This document shows, in pieces, positions 36,610-48,323 of a stretch of DNA of 64,000 nucleotides. Positions within the stretch are counted from its first letter, which is position 1. The number at the start of each line of letters is the position of its first letter. The stretch comes from Curvularia clavata. Taxonomy: Eukaryota. The stretch lies in NCBI GenBank assembly GCA_023920165.1, contig CP089278.1, forward strand, positions 2,852,001 through 2,916,000, in the 5' to 3' direction. The translations under genes were made by a program, and so were the position numbers. The notes beneath the pieces are model-generated. The model did no database searches. It was not told where the DNA came from and saw nothing but the letters and a program-made list of their open reading frames with translations.

Positions 36610-38204
36610 ATGACCTCGGAAGGTAAGTCGAGCCCACAATTCTTTTCGTCGCATTGAACTACTGCAATACTTACCAGAAGACAGAACAAAAGCCCACGCC
36701 TGAGAATGGCACATTGTTCCAGGGCTTCGAATGGAACGTCCCAGATGACCACAAACACTGGAAGCGCCTTGCTGAACAGCTGCCCAAGCTCAAGGCTATC
36801 GGTATCACTAACATCTGGTTACCTCCAGGCTGCAAAGCCGCGAATCCCAAGGGTGTGGGCTACGACATTTATGACCTCTACGATCTGGGCGAGTTCGATC
36901 AGAAAGGAGCCAAAGGAACAAAATGGGGGACAAAGGAAGAGCTGCTGGAGCTCACCAAAGTCGCCAAGGAACACAACGTTGGATTATATTGGGACGCGGT
37001 ACTGAATCACAAGGCCGGTGCAGACAGGACAGAGAAATGTCGCGTTGTAGAAGTTGACCCGGACGACCGCACAAAGGACATATCTGATGTTTACGAAATC
37101 GAAGGATGGCTAGGATTCGACTTTCCAGGGCGGGGCGAACAGTACTCCAAGATGAAGTACCACTGGGAACACTTCTCTGGAACCGACTACAACCAGGCCA
37201 ATGAGAAGAAGGCCATCTACAAGATCATGGGTGACAACAAAGGCTGGTCGCAAAGCGTGGCCAATGAATCGGGCAACGCAGACTACATGATGTTTGCAGA
37301 CATTGACTACTCGCATCCCGAGGTCCAAGAAGATGTCAAGAACTGGGGTGTTTGGATAACCAAGGAGCTGGGGCTGAAAGGCTTCCGGCTCGACGCTGTG
37401 CAGCACTTTAGTTCGAGATTTACCAACGAGTGGATTAAGAACCTCCGCAAACAATGTGGAGATGATATTTTTGTGGTGGGCGAGTTCTGGTCGGGAGACG
37501 TCAAGGAAATGAGTGACTGGCTCAATGGCATGAACCACGAATTCGCTCTTTACGACTCGCCTCTGCTCAACAAGTTTGGCTCGCTCTCGACAACGGAGAA
37601 GGCTGACTTGCGAACGGTATTTGACGAGACGCTTGTCCAGCTGCGCCCAGTGGATGCTGTGACAGTGGTAACCAACCACGACACCCAACCTGGACAGGTC
37701 ATGGAGACCAAGATTGAGGGCTTCTTCCAGCCCTTGGCCTACGCCCTGATTCTGCTGCGACAAGACGGATACCCGTGTCCGTTCTATGGCGACCTTTATG
37801 GTCTCTCGGAACCGCACGAGACACCAGCATCATGCGGCGGCAAGCTTGCTGACCTCATTCTGGCGCGCAAGCTCTACGCGTATGGAACACAGGAAGACTA
37901 TTTCAACGAGGCCAACTGCATCGGCTTTGTGCGGCGGGGAACGTGGGACAGAGTGGCAGGTCTAGCATGCGTAATGAGCAACGCAGGGCCGGGTGAGATC
38001 AAGATGGCGGTCGGCGAGATGCACGCGGGCGAGAAATGGACCGACATACTCGGATGGGAGGAGGGTGAAGTGGAAATTGACAGCGAAGGCTATGGCGTGT
38101 TCAAGTGTCCAGGCACTAGCGTCGCGGTGTGGGTGCGGAGCGACGCTGAAGGGCGCGACCAGTTCCCGACCAATTTCGATGCAGATATCTATCACAAGAG
38201 ATAA
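36610..38204 (+). CDS. Intracellular alpha-amylase, GH13 subfamily 5 (bacterial-type)
   Basis: 13-nt exon 36610-36622, intron to 36684, exon 36685-38204. Motifs FQGFEW, GYDIYDLYDLGEFDQKG, DAVLNHK, GFRLDAVQH (Asp), VGEFW (Glu) and NHDTQ (Asp). No signal peptide. Confidence 0.95.
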
Positions 38205-38928
38205 GACTGGGGCAGCGAAGAGGTTGTGCGTAATGGTTGCAACATAGTGCGTAGACGTCGCGCAGCGATTAGCTGAGCAGCCACAAGCAATGCCGCCCTT
38301 GTCGTGGCTCATGACGCATGTTCCCTCGCTCTTAGCCCCCCTCGCCTCTAAAATACGGAGGCATCGCGCGATTGAAAAGAAAAAGAAGACATGGCGTGAT
38401 GCGCTGTCGTCACTCTTGTGCCCATGGCTCCCAGGTTGTTACTTGGTGTGGAAGATGCACGAAGATCCGTTGGGGGCGCTGACAGGGGTAATTGGGCCAC
38501 ACAGCCAATCACCCGCCTGACAGCCATGGCCGTTTTGGACGTTTCGCGGCCTTTCTCGCAAGCGACTATCAGTGTATGCATGCAGCGTCCCGCCCCGCGA
38601 GCATTCGGTAGTCCATGGTGGTCTGCATCTCGAGGCCCGCAACACCGCCAACATGGCGACTCAGCGGCCCCGTCTGGTCCGGCCTTGAAGCCGCATGCGA
38701 CATGTGACCCCCCGCGATCGCTCTAGGTCGTGGGTCTCGTGTCAGGGTGCCGCGCATCAATTTAACTCCGTCCCTGCCCGCTCTTCCAGCCTCTGTTTAC
38801 CCAGCCGACGAGCCGACGCCAGCAAAAACCTTCAGACCTCTCCCCCTTGAGACTCTTAGAGATTCCTCTGCTCTGACGTCCATCTTCAACACGAGCAGCA
38901 ACAAACAGAGCCTGATTGTCGAGCTTCC

Positions 38929-40870
38929 ATGTCCCTAATTCAACATGTTGGACAGCAGGAGGGCACCGACCGTGAGGAGGCGCTGGTAGACTTGTTCCTA
39001 CCGCCCATTGACCGCCAGCATAGCCGTCAAGATGCGGCCGAACGCCGGCTCTCGATGGAGAGCGCCATGTCCAATGCCGGCTTTATGAATCCCCAGGGAA
39101 AGGCCATTAGGAGAGTCATCAGTTATGATGTCTTGCCCAACCCCGACGAGCCTTCCGCGGGCGAGGAGCCGGGAGGTCTGACACCTTACAAGGTGTCCAC
39201 TGGGAAGCGTATCGGTAAGTTTGCCCGCCTCCAGTGAGAGCTCAACTGAACTGAACTGAACTGAACTGAGCTAACCCGTGCTTGCAGCCCAGGTCATTGC
39301 AACAGTCCTCGCATGTTGGTTTGCCAGCGGCATCGTTTTCGGCTTTGCTGCATTGAAGCCCATTCTCGTCAAAGAAGGCGTCTTCCGCAATCTCTGTACG
39401 CCTGAAGAGATTGAGGATAATGTCGACGTCTGCTTTGAGCAAGATCTTCGATTGAACTTTTTCTTTTCCTTGGCATCTACTACTGCAAATGTATCTGCCT
39501 TGCCAGTCGGCACACTGCTTGACCGCTACGGCCCTAAGCTCTGCTTTCTCACAGGTTCACTCTGTCTAGCTGTGGGCAGCATTCTGATGAGTCTTGCTTT
39601 CCGCATCGAGCACTTTGACGGTTACACACTTGGCAATTTCTTCCTCGCCCTGGGAGGCACATTTGTGTTTTTACCCTCTTTTCAGATTGCTAATGCTTTC
39701 CCCAAGTACGGTGGCTCCATCGTTGCGCTCGTCACCGGCGCCTTTGATGCTTCAGCAGCAGTCTTCCTTTTTTACAGGATCATCTACGATGCGAGCGACA
39801 GGACATTCAAGCCAGAAACCTTCTTCCTCGTATATCTGTTTGTCCCACTAGCAATCATTATTGCGCAGCTCACCTTCTTGCCGACCGAGAACTACAAGAC
39901 TGAAGCACAGCTTGAGATAAAGATCCAGAAAGCCACCGACGTGATGCGCGACGTGCATTCCTCAGACGACGAGTTGTCAGACGAGGAAATGTGGAGGCGT
40001 AGGAAGGCCCGCAGCAACCGCCGCAAGGAGCGGTTGAGCAAGCTCGACGATCTAGTTGGCAATGAAGCTGCCCGCAAGCTTCGAGAGGAGAAGCGAGAGC
40101 ACCAGCTCGAAAACTCTGGTGTTTGGGGAGCCCTGCATAACAAGTCTGCTAAAGACCAAATGCTGACACCCTGGTTTATTTTGCTCGTCCTTCTGACTAT
40201 TATCCAGATGGTGCGCATGAACTACTTCATCGCCACTATCCGTGAGCAGTACACGTACATGCTCGGCTCCGTCGAGTTGGCTGAAAAGGTCAACGACTTC
40301 TTCGACGTCGCACTGCCACTCGCAGGAGTCCTCGCCACTCCTTTCCTCGGCGTTCTTCTCGACAATGTCAGCACACCTGGTGTTCTCTTCCTGCTCGTCG
40401 TCATGACTACCGCCATTGGCGTCATTGGTTCCATTCCAGCTCTTTGGGCTGGCTATGTCAATGTCGTCCTCTTCGTCTTCCTGCGCCCGCTGTACTACTC
40501 TGCCATGTCCGACTACGCTACCAAAGTTTTCGGCTTCGCCACGTTCGGCAGGGTGTATGGCACCATCATTTGCGTATCGGGACTGGTCAACCTTTCGCAG
40601 ACGGGCATTGATGCACTGACAAAGAGTCTCTTCCAAGGCGATCCAACTCCTGTCAACATCTTTTTCGCGGCCTCGGCGTTTGTTGTGGGTATGTCACTGG
40701 TTGTATATGTCACAGTCCAGGTCTACCGCATGCGCAAGAAGCTGGATCAAGAAGATGCAATGACATTTACAAACACTGATGTTGGGTCTGTCATGGAAAG
40801 CTTGCTAGAAGAGGACGAACCAAGGGGTTACGGCACCGTTCAGCGCCAACGTCAGCCCTGGGAGGTTTGA
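38929..40870 (+). CDS. FMP42: MFS transporter, FMP42 / SLC43 (LAT3)-like
   Basis: Exons 38929-39214 and 39288-40870. Motifs CWFASGIVFGFAALKPILVKEGV, GTLLDRYGP, TGAFDASAAVF, RMNYFIATI and FGFATFGRVYG. Confidence 0.88.
39244..39269. repeat. (AACTG)5 microsatellite inside the FMP42 intron
   Basis: aactgaactgaactgaactgaactga lies immediately 5' of the gctaac branch point. Confidence 0.85.
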
Positions 40871-41967
40871 ACAGAACGATTCTTACTCCCGCATCCGATT
40901 AATGTTTTCATCGACTTCAATCGCTCTCATAATCATGATTCGGGCACGTTCATCATCACATTGGAATACATGTTTGCTTTTCCTCAGTAACAAAATGGTC
41001 AAAAACAATTTCTCTGAATGCGGCGTTTGGTTTTCAAAAACATTTGAAAATAGTTGTCTTTGCGAGCGAGATTTCTTGGTTGTCTTTATTGAGCGAGCGC
41101 TGCACTGTTTTTTGTGTTGATTTTTCTTGTACGGTTCAAAATGGGGTTTTAAAGTACAACATGAGAGAGTCTTTGTATAGACTAGACTGTATCTGTCTGA
41201 AGTTTTCTTTGGCGCATTCGTTATATACCACTAATAACATGTATCATTAAACGATACTTGGAAACGTGATTTGAAGTTTAGTGCTCAGAGCAGACTCTAG
41301 CCGTACAAGAAAACTTGGATAACAATGGTTGATCATATTGCATTCGAGTAGTGAAGTCTTGAAAATAAGCACCTGGAACAAATACATTCATAGAATTTGC
41401 ATCATCATCATTCTTTGTCCAACACGTTATCGCTTCTCGCTATAATACAAGAAATTATTATCATATGATCGTTCAAAATATCTCGAGCGATTTCAGATAC
41501 TCGCACACGCGGATACCACACCAAAGGCTCTGAACCCTCAACTTACATGACACAAAATTAGTCCATTTGTTTTCCCAAGTGCAATCGATTGTGTCAAGAG
41601 TGTCCGGCGTGGCGGATGTGGAAACATTCAGACCATGTGATTGCACCAGAAAATGCACAGTGCGTATAACAGTTCGCGGCGTCCATGTGTTCAGAACACT
41701 AGTCATAGGCACTCAACTAACAATCCAAATGATGCGGGGTGGACGCTTGACAGGCCAGATGGTCCGTGCGGGTTGCTACGGTACGGTCCAGGGAAGTAGC
41801 GTTGGGAGTGCGGCTAGTGCTATTTACACGCTGCCGTCTGCGCTCGCACCACCACATCACATTATCCTGCTGCAAATCTTCATTAGGGCACCAAAGTTTA
41901 CGTCGACTTTGTTTTCAACAAAAGCACTTCCTCTGCACACCGTACATAACATTCCAATACCGTCAAG

Positions 41968-44112
41968 TTGGCGCGCCTCAAAGAATCCCCGGTCCAGTTG
42001 GATCCGCCTCTCCCCGTCTCACCAAACAAGATGGCGTTCTCCCCTGGAATGCCCGTCTTCCCAGCCAGCCCCGAACGCAGTACCGGCGTTAAAGCACTAT
42101 ATGGCGAATCTTCAAATGCATCACCTGTCATGTCGCCATCAACACCGCCATTCCGCGGCCATTCACCGCTACGACACTCCCACCGTCGAACCGATTCCGA
42201 TATTTCCGTCACAGCGCTCACCGGCATGTTTGAGAACCTCGAAGTTAAGGACCCACGAGAAGCGTGCAGGCGTTTCAAGGAATTGTTGGACAAGGAAAGG
42301 ACAAAGAATGCAGAGAAGCTGGCCAAGATTGAAAAGGAGCATGCCAAAAAGGAGAAGGAGCACGAAATGGCGCTCAGCCGGCGTGACATTCGTATTGAAG
42401 AGCTCAAGAGTGAATTAGAACATGCCAGTGGCTCGCTTGAGGTTGCAATCACCAAGGAACGCTACGAGAAGGAACGCAAGGCGAACAAGGCTGCCATTAA
42501 CCAATGGGAGGCAGTGTTCAAGCAGAACGAAGAACGGTGGAAGGGTATGCAGCACAAAATGGTAAGTCTAGCTGATAAGATTGGTTAACTATGCCATATT
42601 CACAAGATACAGGTTGAAGCCGAGAATCGGAGCAAAATCTTCGAAAGCAAGTATCGAAGTTACAAAACACAGTGGATCGAGGCGAACAACGATAAGCTCC
42701 GACATTCATCTATGATCCCACAATTACAATCCAAGATCCAGACGCTCCAACGTAATCTGCAGCGGGCCGAGTCAGATGTCAAGTTCAAGACAGAGGAAGC
42801 CACCAAGTACAAGAACGATGTGTACAACCTGCAGGTCAAACTCGAAAGCACCAACACCCATCTTAGCGAGGAGCTGGAGGCACTCAAAGAAAAGCTGGCT
42901 CTGGTCGAAGCAGAACGCGATGCTCTCAAGACCAGTCTGAAGGAGGAAGAGGTCTTGCGCATCGCCGCTGAGGGCCGGATACCGCTACCATCCGCTGAGG
43001 CGGACGAGCACGATGAGTTTGACGCCCCAGCTCGATCCCCACGCAAGCAGCAAGACAACTCTCGCCAAGACGATGATAAGGAAAACGTCTCGCCCAAGAA
43101 GGGTGCAGTGGAATTAAGGTTCATCCAACAAGAGCTGGCTGCAGAGAAGCGTGCCCGTGAGCGCGCTGAGGAACAAATCGACTTTATGAAGATGGAGTGT
43201 CAGTTCCAGTGCTGCTCATGCCGCATTGCTGAGACTAGGGGCAAGCAGTTCGTTCACGACGACTCTCTGGAGGCCGAGATGCAGCGCATCAAGTCTACTC
43301 AGCCAATCTTTACACCACCAGCGAGCAACCACGAAGACGATGTCATGGAAGACGTAGTCATGAGACAGGAGCCTGTTAAGGCTGGTCGTCCTGTCACCCC
43401 TGTTGATGCGCGGCCCGCCCAGGAACCAGACACAGTCGTTGCCTTTTCACCATCGACCGGCACCTTCCGTTCTGTGCCCTCCCCAGTCAAGTCACAGCCA
43501 ACGGTAGCACCAGTAGAGCCGTCTCCTGTGGTAGAGATGAGCGAAGCACCTGTCATGGACCTTGAGGCGAAGAACATGCCTGCTCCCGCTGATATCCGTC
43601 TCCCGGAGTCCCGCCCAACTTCCCGTGTGGCTTTTGCACGTGAGAGCTACAAGGGCAAGTCGACCAATATCAACATTCATGAGGATGCCGTTGAGGACAG
43701 TGACGATGACGACGTATCAGCACCAGAACCCGAACCTACCGGTCCTGTCACACCCTATTTTACCCGCACCATCACCACCACAACCACCATTCCTCTGCAC
43801 TTCTCACCTGCAACTCCAGCGTTCAAGGCCGCTCGAGGTCCTATGACTCCCTCGACTGTCGCCCACGCTGCAGCAGATGTGCAGACTCCTGTCTTGGGTG
43901 AGTTGTCATTGAACAAGTTGGGCATTGACCGGGAAGCCGCTCTTGCGGCCATCCGTGAACGACGTGGTCGCGCTAGGAGCATGGCTGCTGGGCAAGGAAC
44001 ACCAATGAAGCAAATGATAGAAGGTGTGAAAGACCGACGAGACATCAGTGCACCTATACCCAGGGTCAGGAGTGTGTCGAGGGTGAGGAGTGTGTCAAGG
44101 GCGCAAAGATGA
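41968..44112 (+). CDS. Hypothetical coiled-coil protein with a CxxxCCxC motif (start TTG 41968 or ATG 42031)
   Basis: Exon 1 ends 42561, intron 42562-42612, exon 2 42613-44112. Long heptad-rich segments, MECQFQCCSCR and many SP/TP sites. Confidence 0.8.
44062..44101 (+). repeat. 18-bp coding tandem repeat (RVRSVS)x2
   Basis: agggtcaggagtgtgtcg agggtgaggagtgtgtca aggg at the C-terminus of the coiled-coil gene. Confidence 0.75.
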
Positions 44113-44746
44113 ACGCTTGAATTATGTAGGCTTCGAGACATTTGTGGCTGGTGTGTGCTGCCGGAGGCGCAGCGAGGGTCGTGATACCATTTGATTTTCC
44201 CGTTCGCGGCTTCAACTTGCGCTTAGCGGCATTGCATGGAGTTGGAGGCTCACTTGCTACCTGGCGTTGGGTTCTATATTTTATTGGGTTGTTTTGGTTA
44301 GGCAAAAACTGCGTTATATACCACAGTTATGCTTTATGGTTGATGAACAGTATAGTCATTGTAATTTTATTCACATCTTTCAGCTCTTATATTATTGCTC
44401 TTGTGTGTGATTAGCGAGATGGTGATGGAATGGAGTAGTGTTGAATATTACTTGGATAGAAAACTCAAATCTGATGGCGTTGACCAATTGAGACAAACAC
44501 ACGTCCTTTTCACTTTGATCAGACACAAATCACCTTGCGCTATTACTTCAGTGTTCCAAATGAGGTGTGGAGGTGTTCGCGGCAGAAAGCGAAGGCGGTC
44601 GGCGGTTTGGTGCCAGCTCCGACTCTCGCGCTAATGTCTTGGCCCACAACCTCTCAAATCCAAATTTCCACTAACCGAACATCTGCTCAGCGACAACGAC
44701 CCAGACGCCAACCCTCTTTCTCCTTCACACACCGACAACCGCAATC

Positions 44747-45632
44747 ATGTCTGACAACGGAGAAATCGAGGTCGAGAACCCCACCGGTATCAACATCCTC
44801 CCCAAGGATGTCGCCGAGGAGCAGGGCAGCGTCAAGCTGTTCAACAAGGCATGCACATCACGAACTTTGCGACGGCACGCAAATCTAACAGCTCGCAGTG
44901 GTCCTACGAGGAGGTCGAAGTCCGCGACATCTCATTGACGTACGTTACCCCTACCACGATCTCGCGCCGCACATGCATATAAAAGGACATTGTGATGGCA
45001 TTGGATTCTCTTTGTATTGCGCTGCGAGACCTTCGGCTAACTGAAGCCGCAGCGACTACATCCAGATCCGCTCTCCCGTCTACATCTCACACTCGGCCGG
45101 CCGATATGCCGTCAAGCGATTCAGGAAGGCTCAGTGCCCCATCATTGAGCGCCTCACCAACTCGCTCATGATGAACGGCCGCAACAACGGAAAGAAGCTC
45201 ATGGCTGTCCGCATTGTTGCCCACGCTTTCGAGATCGTACGTCTACCCGCTGCCAGAAATTTTGGGCCGCAGTGTTGGCCAGGAAAATTGGGTCAAGATT
45301 GCTAACAATCGTAGATCCACATCATGACCGACCAGAACCCCATCCAGGTCGCTGTCGACGCCATTGTCAACTGCGGTCCCCGTGAAGACTCCACCCGTAT
45401 CGGTTCCGCCGGTACCGTCCGTCGCCAGGCCGTCGATGTGTCCCCTCTCCGCCGTGTCAACCAGGGTATCTCCCTCCTTACCATCGGTGCCCGTGAGGCC
45501 TCTTTCCGCAACATCAAGAGCATTGCCGAGTGCCTTGCTGAGGAGCTGATCAACGCTGCCAAGGGAAGCAGCAACTCGTACGCCATCAAGAAGAAGGATG
45601 AGCTCGAGCGTGTCGCCAAGTCCAACCGATAA
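44747..45632 (+). CDS. RPS5: 40S ribosomal protein S5 (uS7)
   Basis: Exons 44747-44848, 44899-44939, 45053-45236, 45315-45632 give ...[26 protein letters not shown]...[13 protein letters not shown]...[15 protein letters not shown]...[10 protein letters not shown]. Intron 1 is GC-AG. Confidence 0.97.
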
Positions 45633-46065
45633 AGGCGTGCATTCTGTGTATGTGTGTGCATGGTGTCTCTGGAAGGAGTTCTTTCGCATGGCTGTTCTGG
45701 TCGCATTTTGACCGGGCGGGATTGGGGGATCTTATGCATGACATGGCTTCTCTAGGTGGATAAGACCTCTTTCATGGTTGCATGATAAAAATGGACAATA
45801 CGATACCAAATTCAAGCAATCGAACAGCTGCGTGCACGGTGATTCTTGGGCCTGAGTGGGACGCAGAGGGATGCTCTTATGTATGAACAGGAAAAGTTTG
45901 GCTGTACGCTATGTTGTATACATGTACTGGCCTTGACTCAATTAACGCTCACAAGACTACTGCAACCTGAATCCATCTATGGGTATCCGTCCTTTCCTAT
46001 CTTTGTTTTTTTATCCGAAACGCCATGAATGCAACACCAACAGGGCTCGATGCTGGCCGAAAGCC

Positions 46066-47166
46066 TCACGCTCCCACCTTCCCAAGTACAACCTTCTCGA
46101 GGATATTTCCAAAGTCCTCGAATCCAAGCCTGCCACCGTTGTCTTGACCAAATCGCTCAGCTTCAGTATATGCCTTCGCCATAATCTGTTCATCAATCTT
46201 AACAAGCCAATCCCTTCCCGTGAGCATAACACGACTGCCCTCCGTCTGTAGCTGGGCCAACAATCCCGAAGCGCGAATCACTCTCTCTACCCACACCTTG
46301 TCTTTCCCCTCCTTCCATGCAGCCTCCAGCAGATCAACACAACCCTCTTCTTCAATCTTGCGCCGCACATAACTCACCACCCGCTCCCTCCTCGCCGCCT
46401 CTTCCTCAGCCTCCCTCTCCCTCTCGCGCTTCAGCGCTTCTCGCTCTTCTCGCTCCTTGGCTCGAATGATTTCCTCGGCAGCGGCACGGCGCTCGCGCTC
46501 CAGGGCAAGGGCTGCCTCGCGCTCCTCGCGGCCTTCGTCTTCTTGTCGCCGCCGGATCTCAGCTTCTTGGCGCAACCATTCGTTGTAGGCACGCTGCTGG
46601 TCCTTGCGCGCGAGCGACTTTGCTTTCTTTGTGCCGACGGTGCGGTGGGTGGGTGGTGCGCGGGGGTTCTGAGGAGGGGGGTTGGCGGGGCCGGGGGCGA
46701 AGAGATCAGGGTCTTCGTCTGGGTGGTGGCGGTGGTGGTTTGGTGGACGCGCGGGGTGGCCATCATCGTCGTCTTCAACGCGGGCTTGGTGCCGCATTGG
46801 CGGTGGTGTGGGTGCTCGTGGTGGTCTTGCGACGCCCGTGCCATTCTCGCCTTCTCCATCGTCTTGGAGGACCAGGCGCTCGTCTAGGGGTGGGTCGTCG
46901 CCTTCTACCTCCCCGTTGCCGAATTCGTTGTTGTCAGCTTGGTTGGTGTGATTGTTTTCTTCCCCTTGCTCCGTAGGAGAATGCCCCTGTTGCTGTTCTT
47001 GTTGTCGTTGTTGCTGAGCGTACCACTCGCCGATTTGCGGGGCAAAATATAGGGTTCCGCAGAGGACGGCTGTGTGTAACAGATCTTGCGAAAGTGGTGT
47101 GCCTGGGTGTGTGAACGGAAGCAGGAAGTTGAGAAGCGTGAACGGGAGGGATAGTATGGCTCCCAT
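46066..47166 (-). CDS. DDRGK1/UFBP1-like membrane-anchored protein
   Basis: N-terminal hydrophobic anchor, acidic linker, VGTKKAKSLARK, an E/R-rich single alpha helix, then a winged-helix-like C-terminus (YVRRKIEEEGCVDL...VMLTGRDWLVKI...GRLGFEDF). This matches DDRGK architecture, but the DDRGK residues themselves are not conserved. Confidence 0.65.
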   Translation of the reverse strand: MGAILSLPFTLLNFLLPFTHPGTPLSQDLLHTAVLCGTLYFAPQIGEWYAQQQRQQEQQQGHSPTEQGEENNHTNQADNNEFGNGEVEGDDPPLDERLVLQDDGEGENGTGVARPPRAPTPPPMRHQARVEDDDDGHPARPPNHHRHHPDEDPDLFAPGPANPPPQNPRAPPTHRTVGTKKAKSLARKDQQRAYNEWLRQEAEIRRRQEDEGREEREAALALERERRAAAEEIIRAKEREEREALKREREREAEEEAARRERVVSYVRRKIEEEGCVDLLEAAWKEGKDKVWVERVIRASGLLAQLQTEGSRVMLTGRDWLVKIDEQIMAKAYTEAERFGQDNGGRLGFEDFGNILEKVVLGKVGA

Positions 47167-48323
47167 TATGGTTGTTGTTCGCTGCTTTCTGACTTGTTTT
47201 TAGAGGGAAAGTATGTGTTCAGAAATTTGTGTTCAAACGACAAGTCGTTCCGAAAGGATCGACTTTGGCTACCGTCCCATAGAAGAAATCAGTTGATATA
47301 AAAGATTTTCAAATTATTGTTTACTATGCTCAAAGTTGAGAGGTAATTGGGTAAACGGATTGGCAAGTGGTGATTTTGTGGAAGCGTGTCTGGAGCTGAT
47401 GATGCAACAACGGCCTACGGCTAGTCAGGACTGGAGTTTGGGCCGCTAGTGTCGCTTTCGCTCTAGCGCCGAGTGCTGATGACCGCGTGGGGTATCATTC
47501 ACACATTCTCCATCTCTCGTCCTACATTCATGTTGGACTCTGTTTTGTGTATGCTATCTTCCGGGATTCTTCTGAGGATAAGTTAGAAACTATTTCATCC
47601 CTGGACATTCGGAGACTGGGCTTTTCCGTCCGTTCGTCGCATCGGGTTATCTTTGTTCCTTACGGCCGTAGCCTTCTGGTTCCTCCGTAGCGCTCACCAG
47701 AGACGTTGGTGGTCAGCAATGCAAAACATAGTTGGATGAAACTGCACTGGGCCTGCGCCTCACAGCTGTGTCATGAAGCGGGGTCATGGAAATAACGGGC
47801 TGTGTGTGTGGCTAGTTTGACTTCGCCGGAGGCTTGGCTGACCGTTGGATGGGCGTTGGACGGGCTTGCGGCCGAAACCAATAGCATCGGAGCAACACAG
47901 CTCCTTCGTCCTCCTACTCTCCCAGCAAATCAAGCAAGTCGAATGGACTGAGCCTCGGCTGCTAGACAACTGCTAGACCAATAGTGCAATTCTAAGGCTG
48001 ATGGCTATGGACTTGAATAATTCGGGTCGCAAATTGCTCCGGGTTGGGTGTAGGTCATGCCTTGTGAGACTGAAGATATATGAGTGCATCCCCAGGCGAT
48101 GAATAGAAGTCATTCCGACATCAAGTCTCATTCCACTACTTTTGATTCTACAGAGCTTTCTTTTGCTAATTGTTGGGTTTTGAATATTCTAACTCTCAAC
48201 CAATTGAAAGGGCGCCTCTCCCGCTGTTACATACCACACCCGCAACCAATCCATCTCTCCCGCAGCCACAACCTGCTTCATCACCTAGTTTTTCCATCTC
48301 GAGTTAGCTTCACACATTCCAAA

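Noticed and set aside
41567..42418. 283-aa overlapping ORF, and other long antisense or shadow ORFs (e.g. 8442-9260, 16001-16822, 31806-32495, 37110-37817, 48285-49109)
   Set aside because: They overlap well-supported genes in other frames or strands and are explained by GC-rich codon bias.
48084..48323. 80-aa N-terminal extension of the carotenoid oxygenase from GTG
   Set aside because: Composition looks like promoter or leader sequence, and ATG 48324 has a strong context where family similarity begins.
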